From an uncultured Gammaproteobacteria bacterium (GTDB lineage Bacteria > Patescibacteriota > Microgenomatia > Levybacterales > GWA1-39-11): a stretch of 64,000 nucleotides of DNA. Positions 48,274 through 58,579 of this stretch are shown one piece after another. Every line of letters begins with the position of its first letter. Positions within the stretch are counted from its first letter, which is position 1. Both the position numbers and the translations under genes were made by a program. The stretch lies in NCBI GenBank assembly GCA_964472415.1, contig CAYYLC010000001.1, forward strand, positions 3,269 through 67,268, written 5' to 3'. The notes below the pieces were generated by a model. The model searched no databases. It worked only from the letters and a program-made list of their open reading frames with translations, and was not told where the DNA came from.

Positions 48274-48882
48274 ATGGCACGATATATAGGTCCAAAACAC
48301 AAACTAGCGCGACGAGAAGGGGTGAATATCCTCGGAAAGTCTTCTCCGTCTCTTGAGAGGCGTTTAAATGTGCTTCCTGGCGCCTTGAATCGCCGTGGGA
48401 GATTCTCTCGACCGACTGAATATGGTCTCCAGCTTAGAGAAAAGCAGAAATTGAAGAGGATTTATGGCATGATGGAGAAACAGTTTAGAAAATATGTGGC
48501 GGAGGCTGAGAGAATGAAAGAAAATACGGATGAGGCACTTGTGCAGCTTTTGGAATCACGACTTGATAATATCGTATATCGCCTTGGATTCGCACAGAGT
48601 AGGCCGCAGGCTCGACAGATGGTTTCACACGGACATATATTAGTAGATGGGAAGAGAGTAGATATTCCATCCTATAAAGTAAAGGTAGGACAGAAGATTG
48701 AAGTATCAGAAAAATATGTTAAAAATGAGATTAACAAAAAGACTCTTGAAGATATCCAAATAGAGACATTACCGTTTCTGGCAAAGGGCAAGCTGAGTGG
48801 TGAGCTCAAAAGGATGCCAAAAAGTGAGGAAATTGTAAATCCAGTAGAATATCAGTTGGTTATTGAATTTTACTCAAGATAG
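48274..48882 (+). CDS. rpsD: 30S ribosomal protein S4
   Basis: Conserved S4 with S4 RNA-binding domain. Confidence 0.95.
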   Translation: MARYIGPKHKLARREGVNILGKSSPSLERRLNVLPGALNRRGRFSRPTEYGLQLREKQKLKRIYGMMEKQFRKYVAEAERMKENTDEALVQLLESRLDNIVYRLGFAQSRPQARQMVSHGHILVDGKRVDIPSYKVKVGQKIEVSEKYVKNEINKKTLEDIQIETLPFLAKGKLSGELKRMPKSEEIVNPVEYQLVIEFYSR

Positions 48883-48906
48883 TAGTAAAATTAACACTTG
48901 TTGAAT

Positions 48907-49839
48907 ATGAATAGACCAGTATTTCAATTAAAAGAAGAAAAAAAGGAAAACGGATATACTCAATTCGTTGTCGAGCCACTTGAGCCAGGTTTTGGACATA
49001 CGATGGGAGTAGCAATTCGCCGCGTACTTCTTACAAATATTCAGGGTGCAGCAGTTACTTCTGTAAAGATAGATGGTGTTCCCCATATGTTCTCTACACT
49101 TCCAGGATTAAAAGAAGACATTATTGAATTAATTTTTAATATCAAGACGCTCCGAGTAAAGCTTCCTGAAGAAGTATCAGTTGCACGACTTACTCTCACA
49201 AAGACAGGGCCAGGAGATATCACTGGAGCAGACATTGAAGCACATGATGGTGCAGAGGTCGTAGATGCAAAGCATTACCTTGGAAATCTTGCAGACAAGA
49301 AAGCAAAAATATCTATGGAGATGACTGTAGAGAAAGGTTTTGGTTATTCACTCTCAGGTGAGCGGGAAGTAACTACAGTAGGAGTTATTCCGATTGATGC
49401 AATCTTTACCCCAGTAACAAAAGTTAACTACAAAGTTGAACAGACTCGTGTAGGAGGTCAAACAAATTATGATAAACTCGTTCTTGAAGTAACAACTGAT
49501 GGGTCTGTTGATCCAAAAGAAGCAGTAGAGACTGCAAGTATGATTCTAGTGTCCTATTTTAAACAAGTATTCTCTCCTGCAGACTTAAATGAAGACTCTG
49601 AGGATGCTGAACCTTCTGAGGCACGAGTAAAACAGATAGGAGAAGACGTAACAGTGGATGAGCTCGATCTTCCGACAAGAATCTATAATAGCTTGAAAAA
49701 TGCAGGCATGGAAACAGTTGCAGATATTCTTAATACTCCTCGAAAAGAACTCATGACATATCGAAACTTAGGCGCAAAGTCGCTTTCAGTTATTGAAGAG
49801 GCACTCGATAAAAAAGGAATAGAGTTCAATACGAAATAA
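48907..49839 (+). CDS. rpoA: DNA-directed RNA polymerase subunit alpha
   Basis: N-terminal dimerisation domain plus C-terminal alpha-CTD (HhH). Start taken at the ATG (MNRPVFQ). Confidence 0.93.
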   Translation: MNRPVFQLKEEKKENGYTQFVVEPLEPGFGHTMGVAIRRVLLTNIQGAAVTSVKIDGVPHMFSTLPGLKEDIIELIFNIKTLRVKLPEEVSVARLTLTKTGPGDITGADIEAHDGAEVVDAKHYLGNLADKKAKISMEMTVEKGFGYSLSGEREVTTVGVIPIDAIFTPVTKVNYKVEQTRVGGQTNYDKLVLEVTTDGSVDPKEAVETASMILVSYFKQVFSPADLNEDSEDAEPSEARVKQIGEDVTVDELDLPTRIYNSLKNAGMETVADILNTPRKELMTYRNLGAKSLSVIEEALDKKGIEFNTK

Positions 49840-49866
49840 ATAAATAGGTTCGGAATGAATACATAT

Positions 49867-49892
49867 ATGCGTCAAGAGGACGCATTTTTTTT
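49867..49892 (+). terminator. intrinsic terminator/attenuator between rpoA and rplQ (ATGCGTCaagagGACGCAT plus T8)
   Basis: Perfect 7-bp stem, 5-nt loop and a T8 run. Confidence 0.5.
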
Positions 49893-49906
49893 ACGAATGA
49901 TATATT

Positions 49907-50419
49907 ATGAAAAAGAAAGTATTTGGGAGAAGATTCAAAAAAGATATAAATCAGAGGAAGGCGTTATTTAAAAATTTGATACGCTCTCTTATTTTGAATG
50001 AGGAGATAAAGACAACTGAAGCAAAAGCAAAGTCTATCAAAGGACAAGTTGAAAAACTCGTAACAGTTGCAAAGAGAGGCGAAGATGCAGCATATCATTT
50101 AAATAAAGATATCAATGAGGATGCAGTGCGAAAGCTTGTTCAGGAGATTGGGCCACGATTTAAAGATCGACCAGGTGGATACACAAGAATTGTAAAATTA
50201 GGGAGCAGATTAAAAGATAATGCACCAATGGTGCTTCTCGAATTTGTCGAAAAGGGAGAAAGAGTAATTGAGAAAAGTGTAAAGAAAAAAGATGATAAAA
50301 AGAAAGAAGTGAAAACTGAAAAGAAAGAATTAAAAAAACCTACTGAAAAGAAAAGTGCTGTCGTAAAGACAAAAGCATCAGCGCCAAAAAAGACAGTAAC
50401 AAGGCAGAAAAAAGGATAA
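49907..50419 (+). CDS. rplQ: 50S ribosomal protein L17 (with lysine-rich C-terminal extension)
   Basis: Conserved L17 core plus a KKKDDKKKEVK... tail. Confidence 0.92.
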   Translation: MKKKVFGRRFKKDINQRKALFKNLIRSLILNEEIKTTEAKAKSIKGQVEKLVTVAKRGEDAAYHLNKDINEDAVRKLVQEIGPRFKDRPGGYTRIVKLGSRLKDNAPMVLLEFVEKGERVIEKSVKKKDDKKKEVKTEKKELKKPTEKKSAVVKTKASAPKKTVTRQKKG

Positions 50420-50425
50420 ATTATT

Positions 50426-50845
50426 ATGAAACAAACAACGCCAACAAAAATAAAAAATATACAGAGAAATTGGCATATTGTTGATGCTAAAGGAAAGATT
50501 TTGGGAAGAATTGCGACTGAGATTGCGCAGCATCTGATTGGAAAAAGAAAGCCATATTTCGTTCCGAATTTAGATTGCGGAGATAGTGTAGTAGTAATTA
50601 ATGCAAAGCGTGTTGAAGTTTCTGGAAATAAGGAAACACAAAAAAAATATACGAGATTTTCTGGATATCCAGGAGGATTGAAGGTAAGAAGATATAAAGA
50701 AGTAAAAGAGAATAGTCCTGAAGAAGTGCTGCGTCATGCAGTTCGTGGAATGCTCCCAAAAAATAAATTGCGAGATGGAATGTTAAAAAGACTGCATGTT
50801 TTCAATGAGGCTGAGCATACATTTACTGATAAATTTGCTAATTAG
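50426..50845 (+). CDS. rplM: 50S ribosomal protein L13
   Basis: Conserved L13. Confidence 0.95.
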   Translation: MKQTTPTKIKNIQRNWHIVDAKGKILGRIATEIAQHLIGKRKPYFVPNLDCGDSVVVINAKRVEVSGNKETQKKYTRFSGYPGGLKVRRYKEVKENSPEEVLRHAVRGMLPKNKLRDGMLKRLHVFNEAEHTFTDKFAN

Positions 50846-50851
50846 TAATAT

Positions 50852-51307
50852 ATGGCACGAGTAAAGAAAAATACAACAAAAGACTATATACAAACAGTTG
50901 GACGACGAAGGTCTGCAATTGCTCGCGTTCGACTTTATCCTTCTGTGAGAAAGGTTCAAGATAAAGAGTTAGAGCTTCAAAAAGGCGAAGTGTCAGTAAA
51001 TCATATGTTGATGAAGGACTACTTTAGATTCGAAGCGTATTACCCAAAGCTAAATAAATTTTTGAAAAATATGGGAGTGGAGGGGAAGTTTATATTTACG
51101 ATAAAAGTTGTTGGTGGAGGAGTTAATGGCCAGCTTGATGCGATGATTCATGGAATGGCACGCGCGCTTGATAAACAAGATTCTGATACGTATCACGATA
51201 TCCTAAAAGAAGGTGGATATCTAACACGCGATGCACGAGTTAGAGAGCGAAGAAAGGTGGGAACTGGGGGAAAAGCGCGAAGGAAGAAGCAGTCGCCTAA
51301 GAGGTAG
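50852..51307 (+). CDS. rpsI: 30S ribosomal protein S9
   Basis: Conserved S9, C-terminal ...RRKKQSPKR. Confidence 0.95.
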   Translation: MARVKKNTTKDYIQTVGRRRSAIARVRLYPSVRKVQDKELELQKGEVSVNHMLMKDYFRFEAYYPKLNKFLKNMGVEGKFIFTIKVVGGGVNGQLDAMIHGMARALDKQDSDTYHDILKEGGYLTRDARVRERRKVGTGGKARRKKQSPKR

Positions 51308-51776
51308 TTTCGATAATTTTTAAAACTTCGCTTATTATATCCCAATTGTATCCTCGCATTTTGAGCCTATTGATAATTTTTTTTTCACGATCATTTTTCG
51401 GGAGCTTTTCAAGTTGATGAATGCGCTTTTGAATATATTCTTTTGCAATCTCTAAATCATCTTTTGCCTCATTGAGTACTTCTTCGGAAGTGTCTGGAGA
51501 TACTCCTTTTAACTTTAATTCGAATGATATATTTCTTTTACTCTTTCCACGCAATTGCTTAGAATTTACAAAAGTTCGAGCGAACTCTGTATCATTTAAA
51601 AATTTATAATCCAGGAGTTTTTGGATAGTTTCTGAGATTTCTTGTTCGGAAAAGTCCTTTTTTTGCAAGTAGTCCCGAATCTCTTTAATACTGCGTTGCC
51701 TATATGAAAGATATTTTAATGCTTTATTAAATGGGGATTGAAGATTTGTATCACTCTTCCTCTTCATTATTTTCAA
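51297..51776 (-). CDS. recX: recombination regulator RecX
   Basis: Three-helix repeat RecX fold ([20 protein letters not shown]). It lies downstream of recA and overlaps it. Confidence 0.8.
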   Translation of the reverse strand: MKIMKRKSDTNLQSPFNKALKYLSYRQRSIKEIRDYLQKKDFSEQEISETIQKLLDYKFLNDTEFARTFVNSKQLRGKSKRNISFELKLKGVSPDTSEEVLNEAKDDLEIAKEYIQKRIHQLEKLPKNDREKKIINRLKMRGYNWDIISEVLKIIETTS

Positions 51777-52836
51777 CTCCTACGGCTATTTTTGATCCAT
51801 TTGTTTTTATTTTTTCCAATACTTCCTTCTTAATTTTTTCAGTTATATTAGGATTTTCTTTCAGGTGCTGTTTTGCTGCTTCTCGTCCTTGGCCAATTAT
51901 TTCTCCTTCGTATCGTAAGAATGCACCATTCTTTTCGATAATACCAAACTCGATTCCAACATCTAACACCCCTCCCTCTTTAGAAATTCCATCTGACATA
52001 ATATCAAATTCTGCAATCCGAAAAGGTGGTGCAACTTTATTTTTTACTACCTTTACTCGAGAGCGCGTTCCGATGACTTTATCTCCTTGCTTGAGTGTCT
52101 CAATGCGTCTGATATCAAGCCTGACTGAGGCATAAAATTTTAGTGCGAGTCCTCCCGGGGTGGTTTCTGGATTCCCAAACATAATGCCAATTTTCTGCCG
52201 GAGTTGATTGGTGAATACGAGAACGGTTTTACTCTTTGAGATGATTCCTGTTAATTTTCTGAGTGCTTGTGACATTAGTCTTGCTTGCACTCCCACCATC
52301 GCGTCTCCCATCTCTCCTTCAATTTCAGCTCGAGGCACGAGCGCAGCAACAGAATCAACTACTACGACATCTACTCCTCCGCTCCTAATAAGTTGCTCAG
52401 TAATCTCTAGTGCTTGTTCTCCGGTGTCGGGTTGCGAAATCAGAAGTTCATCAAGATTTACCCCAATAGTCTGCGCCCACATTGGATCAAGAGCGTGCTC
52501 TGCATCAATAAATGCTACAACGCCACCTTTTTTCTGTGCCTCTGCGATAAGGGAGAGTGAAACAGTAGTTTTTCCAGATGCTTCAGGACCATAGATTTCT
52601 ACTACACGCCCTCTGGGGAGGCCGCCTACGCCGAGTGCAATATCAAGGGGAAATGCTCCTGTTGGAATAACATCAATTGCAACTTTGCCACTTGAGTCGC
52701 CGAATTTCATAATGGAACCTTTTCCATACTGCTTTTCTATCTGCTCCATCGCCATTTTGATGGCGAGCTCTCGTCCTGATTCGGGGACTGGACCTTTGGG
52801 GATTGCTTTTGTAGTTTTGCTTGATGCACGAGCCAT
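51751..52836 (-). CDS. recA: recombinase RecA
   Basis: Walker [11 protein letters not shown]1/L2 loops, near-canonical sequence. Start taken at MARASSK. Confidence 0.95.
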   Translation of the reverse strand: MARASSKTTKAIPKGPVPESGRELAIKMAMEQIEKQYGKGSIMKFGDSSGKVAIDVIPTGAFPLDIALGVGGLPRGRVVEIYGPEASGKTTVSLSLIAEAQKKGGVVAFIDAEHALDPMWAQTIGVNLDELLISQPDTGEQALEITEQLIRSGGVDVVVVDSVAALVPRAEIEGEMGDAMVGVQARLMSQALRKLTGIISKSKTVLVFTNQLRQKIGIMFGNPETTPGGLALKFYASVRLDIRRIETLKQGDKVIGTRSRVKVVKNKVAPPFRIAEFDIMSDGISKEGGVLDVGIEFGIIEKNGAFLRYEGEIIGQGREAAKQHLKENPNITEKIKKEVLEKIKTNGSKIAVGVENNEEEE

Positions 52837-52937
52837 AATATAGTTCCATTGTAGCAAGTTTCATGGCGATTACAATACTGTAGAGATATAGTTTTTAATT
52901 CTTATCATAGACAGTATCTGATACAATAGTGAACACT

Positions 52938-53008
52938 CGGGGTGTAGTTTAACGGTAGAATGCGCGGCTGGGGGTCGTGCGGCTGGAGTTCAATTCTCCG
53001 CACCCCGA
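52938..53008 (+). tRNA. tRNA, tentatively tRNA-Pro (anticodon GGG)
   Basis: Hand-folded cloverleaf. Acceptor CGGGGTG/CACCCCG with discriminator A. U8, A14, G18G19. T-arm UGGAG-UUCAAUU-CUCCG. Anticodon arm CGCGG-CUGGGGG-UCGUG (two G-U pairs) with U33 and G37. 4-nt variable loop. Confidence 0.5.
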
Positions 53009-53098
53009 CAAGAAAAGCCAAGAGCACACACATTATATCTGGCTTAATAAGCGTCAAGACTGTGCCTTATCTTTTTTATAGATTTAACATCATATTTT

Positions 53099-53380
53099 AT
53101 GAAACTGAATATTAATAAAATCAACAGGAAGCTTAAATCTCTGAGTGGGTGGAATTTTTCTGATGATAATCTCGTAAAAACATTTCAGTTTAAAGATTTC
53201 CTTGAGTCTATACATTTTATAAATGATATTTCGAAAATTGCGGAAAAGCATGATCATCATCCTGATATTTTAATTCAATATAGTAAAGTTACTCTTTCTC
53301 TTTCTACGCACGATGAAGGTGGTGTAACAGAAAAAGATTTTAGTCTCGCTGAAGAAATAGAATCGCAGTATGAAAATTAA
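53099..53380 (+). CDS. pterin-4a-carbinolamine dehydratase (PCD/DCoH)
   Basis: 93 aa with the E..HHP catalytic motif (AEKHDHHPDI). Confidence 0.75.
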   Translation: MKLNINKINRKLKSLSGWNFSDDNLVKTFQFKDFLESIHFINDISKIAEKHDHHPDILIQYSKVTLSLSTHDEGGVTEKDFSLAEEIESQYEN

Positions 53381-54011
53381 AATTAAAAAATTTGAACATT
53401 CTTGTTTATTAGTAGAGATTGATAATAAGAAATTTTTATATGATCCTGGGGATTATTCTCGGAATACATTGTTAGAGAATAAAAACAATCTAGAAGGATT
53501 GGATTATCTTTTGGTAACGCATGAACATTTTGATCATTGTAATAGTTCTTTGATAGAAGAGATTGCATCGTTCAATAAAAATCTGAAAATTATTGCACCA
53601 AAGTCTGTTATGAAGAAAATAGCATTGGGAAGCTATAATACTCAGAGCACTGGTGATGAAATAGTGTCTATAGAAAATGCTCCTCATGAGTATTTGCTGG
53701 ATATGAAAGTGCCCGAGAATTTTAGTATTACTGTTATGGATGCGCTGACTCATGTTGGAGATTCATTACAGTTTAAAAAAACTGCTGATGTTCTTGCGCT
53801 CCCAATTCAAGCTCCTTGGGGGAGCATGACTGAAGCTGCATTATATGCATTATCAGCAAAGCCAAGATATATAATTCCTATTCATGACTGGCATTGGAAG
53901 GATGAAGTTAGAAAAAGTATGTACGAGAGGCTCGAAAATTTCTTTAAAAATCATAATATTAAGTTTCTTAATATATATGGAAAAGAGAGCGTAGAGATAG
54001 ATTTACGATGA
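53370..54011 (+). CDS. MBL-fold metallo-hydrolase
   Basis: HxHxDH motif (VTHEHFDHC). Confidence 0.65.
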   Translation: MKIKIKKFEHSCLLVEIDNKKFLYDPGDYSRNTLLENKNNLEGLDYLLVTHEHFDHCNSSLIEEIASFNKNLKIIAPKSVMKKIALGSYNTQSTGDEIVSIENAPHEYLLDMKVPENFSITVMDALTHVGDSLQFKKTADVLALPIQAPWGSMTEAALYALSAKPRYIIPIHDWHWKDEVRKSMYERLENFFKNHNIKFLNIYGKESVEIDLR

Positions 54012-54721
54012 AGAAACTTGCAGTATTTGATATCGATGGGACTCTATTCCGCTCAAGTCTTCTGATAGAGCTAACAAATGAGCTAATTTTAAGAAAAATA
54101 TTTCCAAAATCTACAAGAATAGAAATAGATAAAGATTTTAAAGCATGGGTAAATAGAGAGGGAGATTACGAGAGCTATATAAGGAAGGTAATCAATAGTT
54201 ATGAGGATAATATTGTGGGGTGTCTTGAAAGAGACATAGAGAGATGTGCCATAGATGTTCTCGAGAAAGAAAAAAGAAAGCTATATAGGTACACTCGTAA
54301 TTTGATTCAAGAATTAAAATCAAGAAACTATTTTCTTTTTGCAATTTCGGGTTCGCCAGGGCATATATTAACGAGTTTTGCAAAAGATATGGGTTTTGAT
54401 AAATATCTTGGCGGATATTATGAGATCGTTGATGGGAAGTTTACGGGAAGGCAGCCTTTTGGTAATCCTTCATATGATAAGAAAAAAACCCTTACTCAAT
54501 TTCTTGAAAAAAATAGGGATGGTATTAATCTTGAGGATTCAATTGGTGTTGGGGATACAGAATCCGATATAGCTTTTCTAGAAATGGTGGATAATCCGAT
54601 CGCATTTAATCCAAACAAAAGGCTTGTTGACCATGCAAAGAGAAGAGGGTGGAAAATAATAATTGAAAGAAAAGATGTAATCTATGATATTTCAAAGTTT
54701 GAACTTCTTCAAGCTTCTTGA
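54008..54721 (+). CDS. HAD-superfamily hydrolase (subfamily IB-like phosphatase)
   Basis: Motif I DIDGT, motif III K, motif IV GDTESD. Confidence 0.65.
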   Translation: MKKLAVFDIDGTLFRSSLLIELTNELILRKIFPKSTRIEIDKDFKAWVNREGDYESYIRKVINSYEDNIVGCLERDIERCAIDVLEKEKRKLYRYTRNLIQELKSRNYFLFAISGSPGHILTSFAKDMGFDKYLGGYYEIVDGKFTGRQPFGNPSYDKKKTLTQFLEKNRDGINLEDSIGVGDTESDIAFLEMVDNPIAFNPNKRLVDHAKRRGWKIIIERKDVIYDISKFELLQAS

Positions 54722-54753
54722 CTTTTTTTTCAAATAACGCTTCAATATAATCA

Positions 54754-55236
54754 ATGGCTAAAATTTATATAGCACTACTCAGAATTAGTATTGGATTCAT
54801 TTTCATTTGGACGTTTTTAGATAAGCTTTTTGGTTTAGGATTCTCGACAGATCCAGCAAAATCATGGATTGCAGGTTCTTCTCCCACTGCAGGGTATTTA
54901 TCAAACGCTACATATGGTCCATTTGCAGAAGTATTTCAGAGTCTTATGAGTAATCCGGTTACCGATTGGTTATTTATGCTTGGGATGCTTGGTGTAGGAG
55001 TTGCTTTTATTTTAGGTATTGCGTTGAAATTTTCTTCTTATGCCGGAGCACTGATGATGGGGCTTTTTTATCTATCAGCTTTTCCTCCAGCAACAAACCC
55101 CTTGGTGGATAATCATGTAATTTATGCTTTAGTATTATTATTTTTAGGTCAGTCTGATGCAGCAAGTCATTTAGGGGTAGGAAAAAAATGGAATAAAAGC
55201 TTGATTGTAAGGAAATTTCCCTTGCTTCGAAATTAA
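54754..55236 (+). CDS. DoxX-family membrane protein
   Basis: 160 aa with 4 TM helices in the DoxX pattern. Confidence 0.55.
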   Translation: MAKIYIALLRISIGFIFIWTFLDKLFGLGFSTDPAKSWIAGSSPTAGYLSNATYGPFAEVFQSLMSNPVTDWLFMLGMLGVGVAFILGIALKFSSYAGALMMGLFYLSAFPPATNPLVDNHVIYALVLLFLGQSDAASHLGVGKKWNKSLIVRKFPLLRN

Positions 55237-55252
55237 AATTTTATAAATTCTT

Positions 55253-56902
55253 CTACCAGTCTTTTTTCAGGTGATTCATTGCATAGTCCAGGTCACCATG
55301 GACTTTTTTTCGGGGATTAAATATATTTTCTGGATCAAAAATCTTTTTTGTTTCTTCAAATAATTTAACAACATTCTTCCCATACATTTCTTCAAGATAA
55401 GGAGTTCTTATCAATCCATCATTGTGTTCTCCAGTTATAGATCCTTTGTATTTTGCAATGACTTTATAGACTTGATCAGAGATTTCTGGGATTGCAGTTC
55501 TTACTTTTGGGTTTCTGATATCCACCAAAGGAATGATGTGAAAATTACCATCGCCCACATGGCCTGCAACGGTAAAAATAAATTTAGGATGCTTTTTTAA
55601 GATGTCGGTTACTTGAGGGATAACTTCTGCTATATCACGAGGATTTATTACAAAATCGTCTATAAAAGGAGCAGTATGTTTGTTTCTAATCTTCTTTCTA
55701 AGGAGGTTAAAGCTTTCACGTCTAACAAGCCAATATTTTTTTTGCTCTTCTTCTTCTGCTGTTTGAGTTAGAACACGGAGAGGTTTTAATCTTTCTCTCA
55801 GTAGGTTTAATTTATCCTTTACTTCATCAGGATTGTTTCCAGCAAATTCTACCTGAAGTACAAGGCTTGGCAGCCTTTTGCCTGTAAATAGAGAAATAAA
55901 AGCAGGCATGAAAGCTAGTCCTGCTTGAACCATCCCTATCGGTCCAAGCTGTTTGAGAAATTCTGGGAAATATTTTAGAGCAAGTCTGAGTGTGTTATTA
56001 TCATATGATTCAAAACTTTCAGGGTTTAGGGCCAGTACTTCATCTATGATTTTTCCGAGATGAGTCATACTTCTGAGGTAGATTATAAGCATTCCGCTAT
56101 GCTTCTTTTCATCTACCAGCTCTAAGTCTCCTTCAAGCATCATTCCCAATGTTCCTTGTGCCCCTGCCCATAATTGAGTAAGGTCAAAAGTTTTATTTTC
56201 TTTGTCATATACATTCCAAAGAGAATACCCGGCAGAGTTTTTCGATACATTGGGCTTTGCCTTCATTATAGTTTCATAATTATTATTTATAAGATTATAC
56301 ATTTTTTTATAGATTTCACCTTCAAAATTTTTCTGTGCCATTTTCTTTTTAAGTTCTTCTTCGCTTAATTTCTTTAATTCGTAGGCATTCCCGTCACTAA
56401 GAACTACTTTTATCCGTCTTATATATTTTTCTGTTTTCCCATATTGCAGCGATTTTTCTCCACCAGAATTATTATTAATAATTCCACCCATAGCACACAA
56501 TCCTTTTGAAGCTGGATAAGAGGGGAAGATGAGATTTTTTTCTAGGGTTTTTTCCTCAAAGTCACGGTAGAATACGCCGGGTTGTACGGTTGCTACGTTT
56601 CCGGTTATTTTAGGATCTTTATTAAAATATTTTGTGAAAGATATAATTATCGATTCATTGATTGCCCCTCCGCTCATATCCGTCCCCGCTGAGCGTCCAG
56701 TCAGTGATAGATTGGGATTATCTAATTTGTGATTATTTACAAATTTCACTAAAGCCTTTACGTCGCTTTCGTCTTTTGGGAAAACTACAACCTGAGGTTT
56801 TATTTCAAATAAAGAAGCATCATGGCTATATTCTGAGAGAGTTGCTTCATCATTGAAAACATCGCCCTTAATAACCTTTTTTAATTCTTTCGATAAATCC
56901 AT
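55253..56902 (-). CDS. FAD-linked oxidase (PCMH-type FAD-binding; GlcD/D-lactate dehydrogenase/alkyl-DHAP synthase-like), paralog 1
   Basis: N-terminal FAD-binding domain and the C-terminal oxidase domain motif AGHVGDGNFHIIPL. Confidence 0.7.
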   Translation of the reverse strand: MDLSKELKKVIKGDVFNDEATLSEYSHDASLFEIKPQVVVFPKDESDVKALVKFVNNHKLDNPNLSLTGRSAGTDMSGGAINESIIISFTKYFNKDPKITGNVATVQPGVFYRDFEEKTLEKNLIFPSYPASKGLCAMGGIINNNSGGEKSLQYGKTEKYIRRIKVVLSDGNAYELKKLSEEELKKKMAQKNFEGEIYKKMYNLINNNYETIMKAKPNVSKNSAGYSLWNVYDKENKTFDLTQLWAGAQGTLGMMLEGDLELVDEKKHSGMLIIYLRSMTHLGKIIDEVLALNPESFESYDNNTLRLALKYFPEFLKQLGPIGMVQAGLAFMPAFISLFTGKRLPSLVLQVEFAGNNPDEVKDKLNLLRERLKPLRVLTQTAEEEEQKKYWLVRRESFNLLRKKIRNKHTAPFIDDFVINPRDIAEVIPQVTDILKKHPKFIFTVAGHVGDGNFHIIPLVDIRNPKVRTAIPEISDQVYKVIAKYKGSITGEHNDGLIRTPYLEEMYGKNVVKLFEETKKIFDPENIFNPRKKVHGDLDYAMNHLKKDW

Positions 56903-58579
56903 TTATTTTGCTGCTGAATAATCTAACACCTGCTTTTTTTGATCTCCAGTTATGAAAAATTGTGAAGCGTATTCTTGAGTTACCCCTATTTTTTTCTTTG
57001 GGTTAAAAATTCCATCTGGGTCAAAAATATTTTTTATTTCAGTAAATAGTTTGTAAACTTTTTCGCCATATTGTTCTCTCAGAAATGGCGCTCTGATGAG
57101 TCCATCATTGTGCTCCCCAGACATTGAACCGCTATATTCCCAAACCAAATCAAATACTTTTTTTGATGATTTGTAGATCTTATTTCTTTCAGAAGGATCG
57201 CTCATATTCATGAGGGGAATAATATGAAAGTTCCCATTCCCTATGTGTCCTGCAATAGTGTATTGAAGATTCTCTTCGTTTAGTATTTTGTAAACTCTTG
57301 GAAAAAATTCAGTTAATCGTTTCGGATCAACTATTGTATCATCAATAAATGGAGCAGCATGTTTTCCTTGGACTCTTTGTCTTAATAAATTAAAGCTCTC
57401 ACGTCTAATTGCCCAGTATTTATTTTTAGTTAATTTATTCTTTGCAATCCTAACCTGAACAACATCTTTGTATATATTGAGGTCTTTTTTTAAAGATCTC
57501 AAATTTTGCCGAATAGTTTTTAGTGATTCGTCTTCAAATTCTACAATTAAGACTAATTTTGGCATTCCATTTTTCAAGATATAGATAAATTCGGGGAGAA
57601 ATGCTAAAAATGTGTTTAGAAGATTGCTTTTCAAGGCTTTCTTTAACCCATAAAAATATTTGAGAGCAAGTTTGAGTGTTTGATCATCATAGGATTCGAA
57701 AGAATCCGGATTGTACGCAAGGACTTTGTTTACGATGTCCGGCAATGCATTATAGTCGTTAAGATAGATTGCGAGAAGGCCTGTATGTTTCGTTTTTGGA
57801 ACGAGTTTTAGTTTTGCTTCTGTAATGATTCCTAGAGTCCCCTGTGCGCCGGTGAATAGTTTTGTCATATCAAAGCTCTCTCCATCCCAAACTTCCCAAA
57901 TATTGTACCCTGTTGAGTTTTTAGAAACTGTTGGAAGGGAGTCGTGTATGAGTTGTTGATTTTCTGTTATTAGTTTGAATACTTTTTTATAAACATCTCC
58001 CTCTGCATTATTCCGTTTCATTTTTTTCTCTAATTCATTTTTATTTATTTTTTCAAATTCATATTCATTTCCATCTTTGAGGATTACTTTTAGTTTTTGT
58101 ACATAGTCTTTTGCTTTTCCGTGTTTTAGAGATTTTTCTCCACCAGCATTGTTCGATACTATTCCACCAATTTTGCATAGCAGTTTTGAGGAAGGGTAGG
58201 GAGGGTAGAGAACGCCAAGCTTTCCGGCCTTCTTTTCAAGATCTCTGTAGAACACCCCCGGCTCTAGGGTAACTGAAGTCTTTCCAAGTGATTTAATGTT
58301 ATCCATCTTATCTAATACGATAAGAATTTCCTGAGTTAGGCTCCCACCGCTCATACATGTCCCTGCAGCTCTAACCGAAATTGAAATCTTCGGATCCTTT
58401 TTCTTATATTCTTTAACGAATTGGACAAGTTTTTCTATATCTGTTGAATTTTCAGGAAAGACTACAATTTTTGGTTTCATTTCAAACACACTAGCGTCGT
58501 GTTTGTATTTTTCCAAAACATTGCCATCGTTTGTAACCTTCCCGGGAAGGATCTTATTTAGTTCTTCAAATAAATTCAT
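56903..58579 (-). CDS. FAD-linked oxidase, paralog 2 (tandem duplicate of the downstream gene)
   Basis: Colinear with the neighbour throughout (KHDASVFEMKPKIVVFP against SHDASLFEIKPQVVVFP; AGHIGNGNFHIIPL). About half the residues are identical by eye. Confidence 0.7.
   Translation of the reverse strand: MNLFEELNKILPGKVTNDGNVLEKYKHDASVFEMKPKIVVFPENSTDIEKLVQFVKEYKKKDPKISISVRAAGTCMSGGSLTQEILIVLDKMDNIKSLGKTSVTLEPGVFYRDLEKKAGKLGVLYPPYPSSKLLCKIGGIVSNNAGGEKSLKHGKAKDYVQKLKVILKDGNEYEFEKINKNELEKKMKRNNAEGDVYKKVFKLITENQQLIHDSLPTVSKNSTGYNIWEVWDGESFDMTKLFTGAQGTLGIITEAKLKLVPKTKHTGLLAIYLNDYNALPDIVNKVLAYNPDSFESYDDQTLKLALKYFYGLKKALKSNLLNTFLAFLPEFIYILKNGMPKLVLIVEFEDESLKTIRQNLRSLKKDLNIYKDVVQVRIAKNKLTKNKYWAIRRESFNLLRQRVQGKHAAPFIDDTIVDPKRLTEFFPRVYKILNEENLQYTIAGHIGNGNFHIIPLMNMSDPSERNKIYKSSKKVFDLVWEYSGSMSGEHNDGLIRAPFLREQYGEKVYKLFTEIKNIFDPDGIFNPKKKIGVTQEYASQFFITGDQKKQVLDYSAAK

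Noticed and set aside
51731-52594. Plus-strand ORFs 51731..52135 and 52208..52594
   Set aside because: They are antisense to recA and Ser/Thr/Pro-rich with no motifs.
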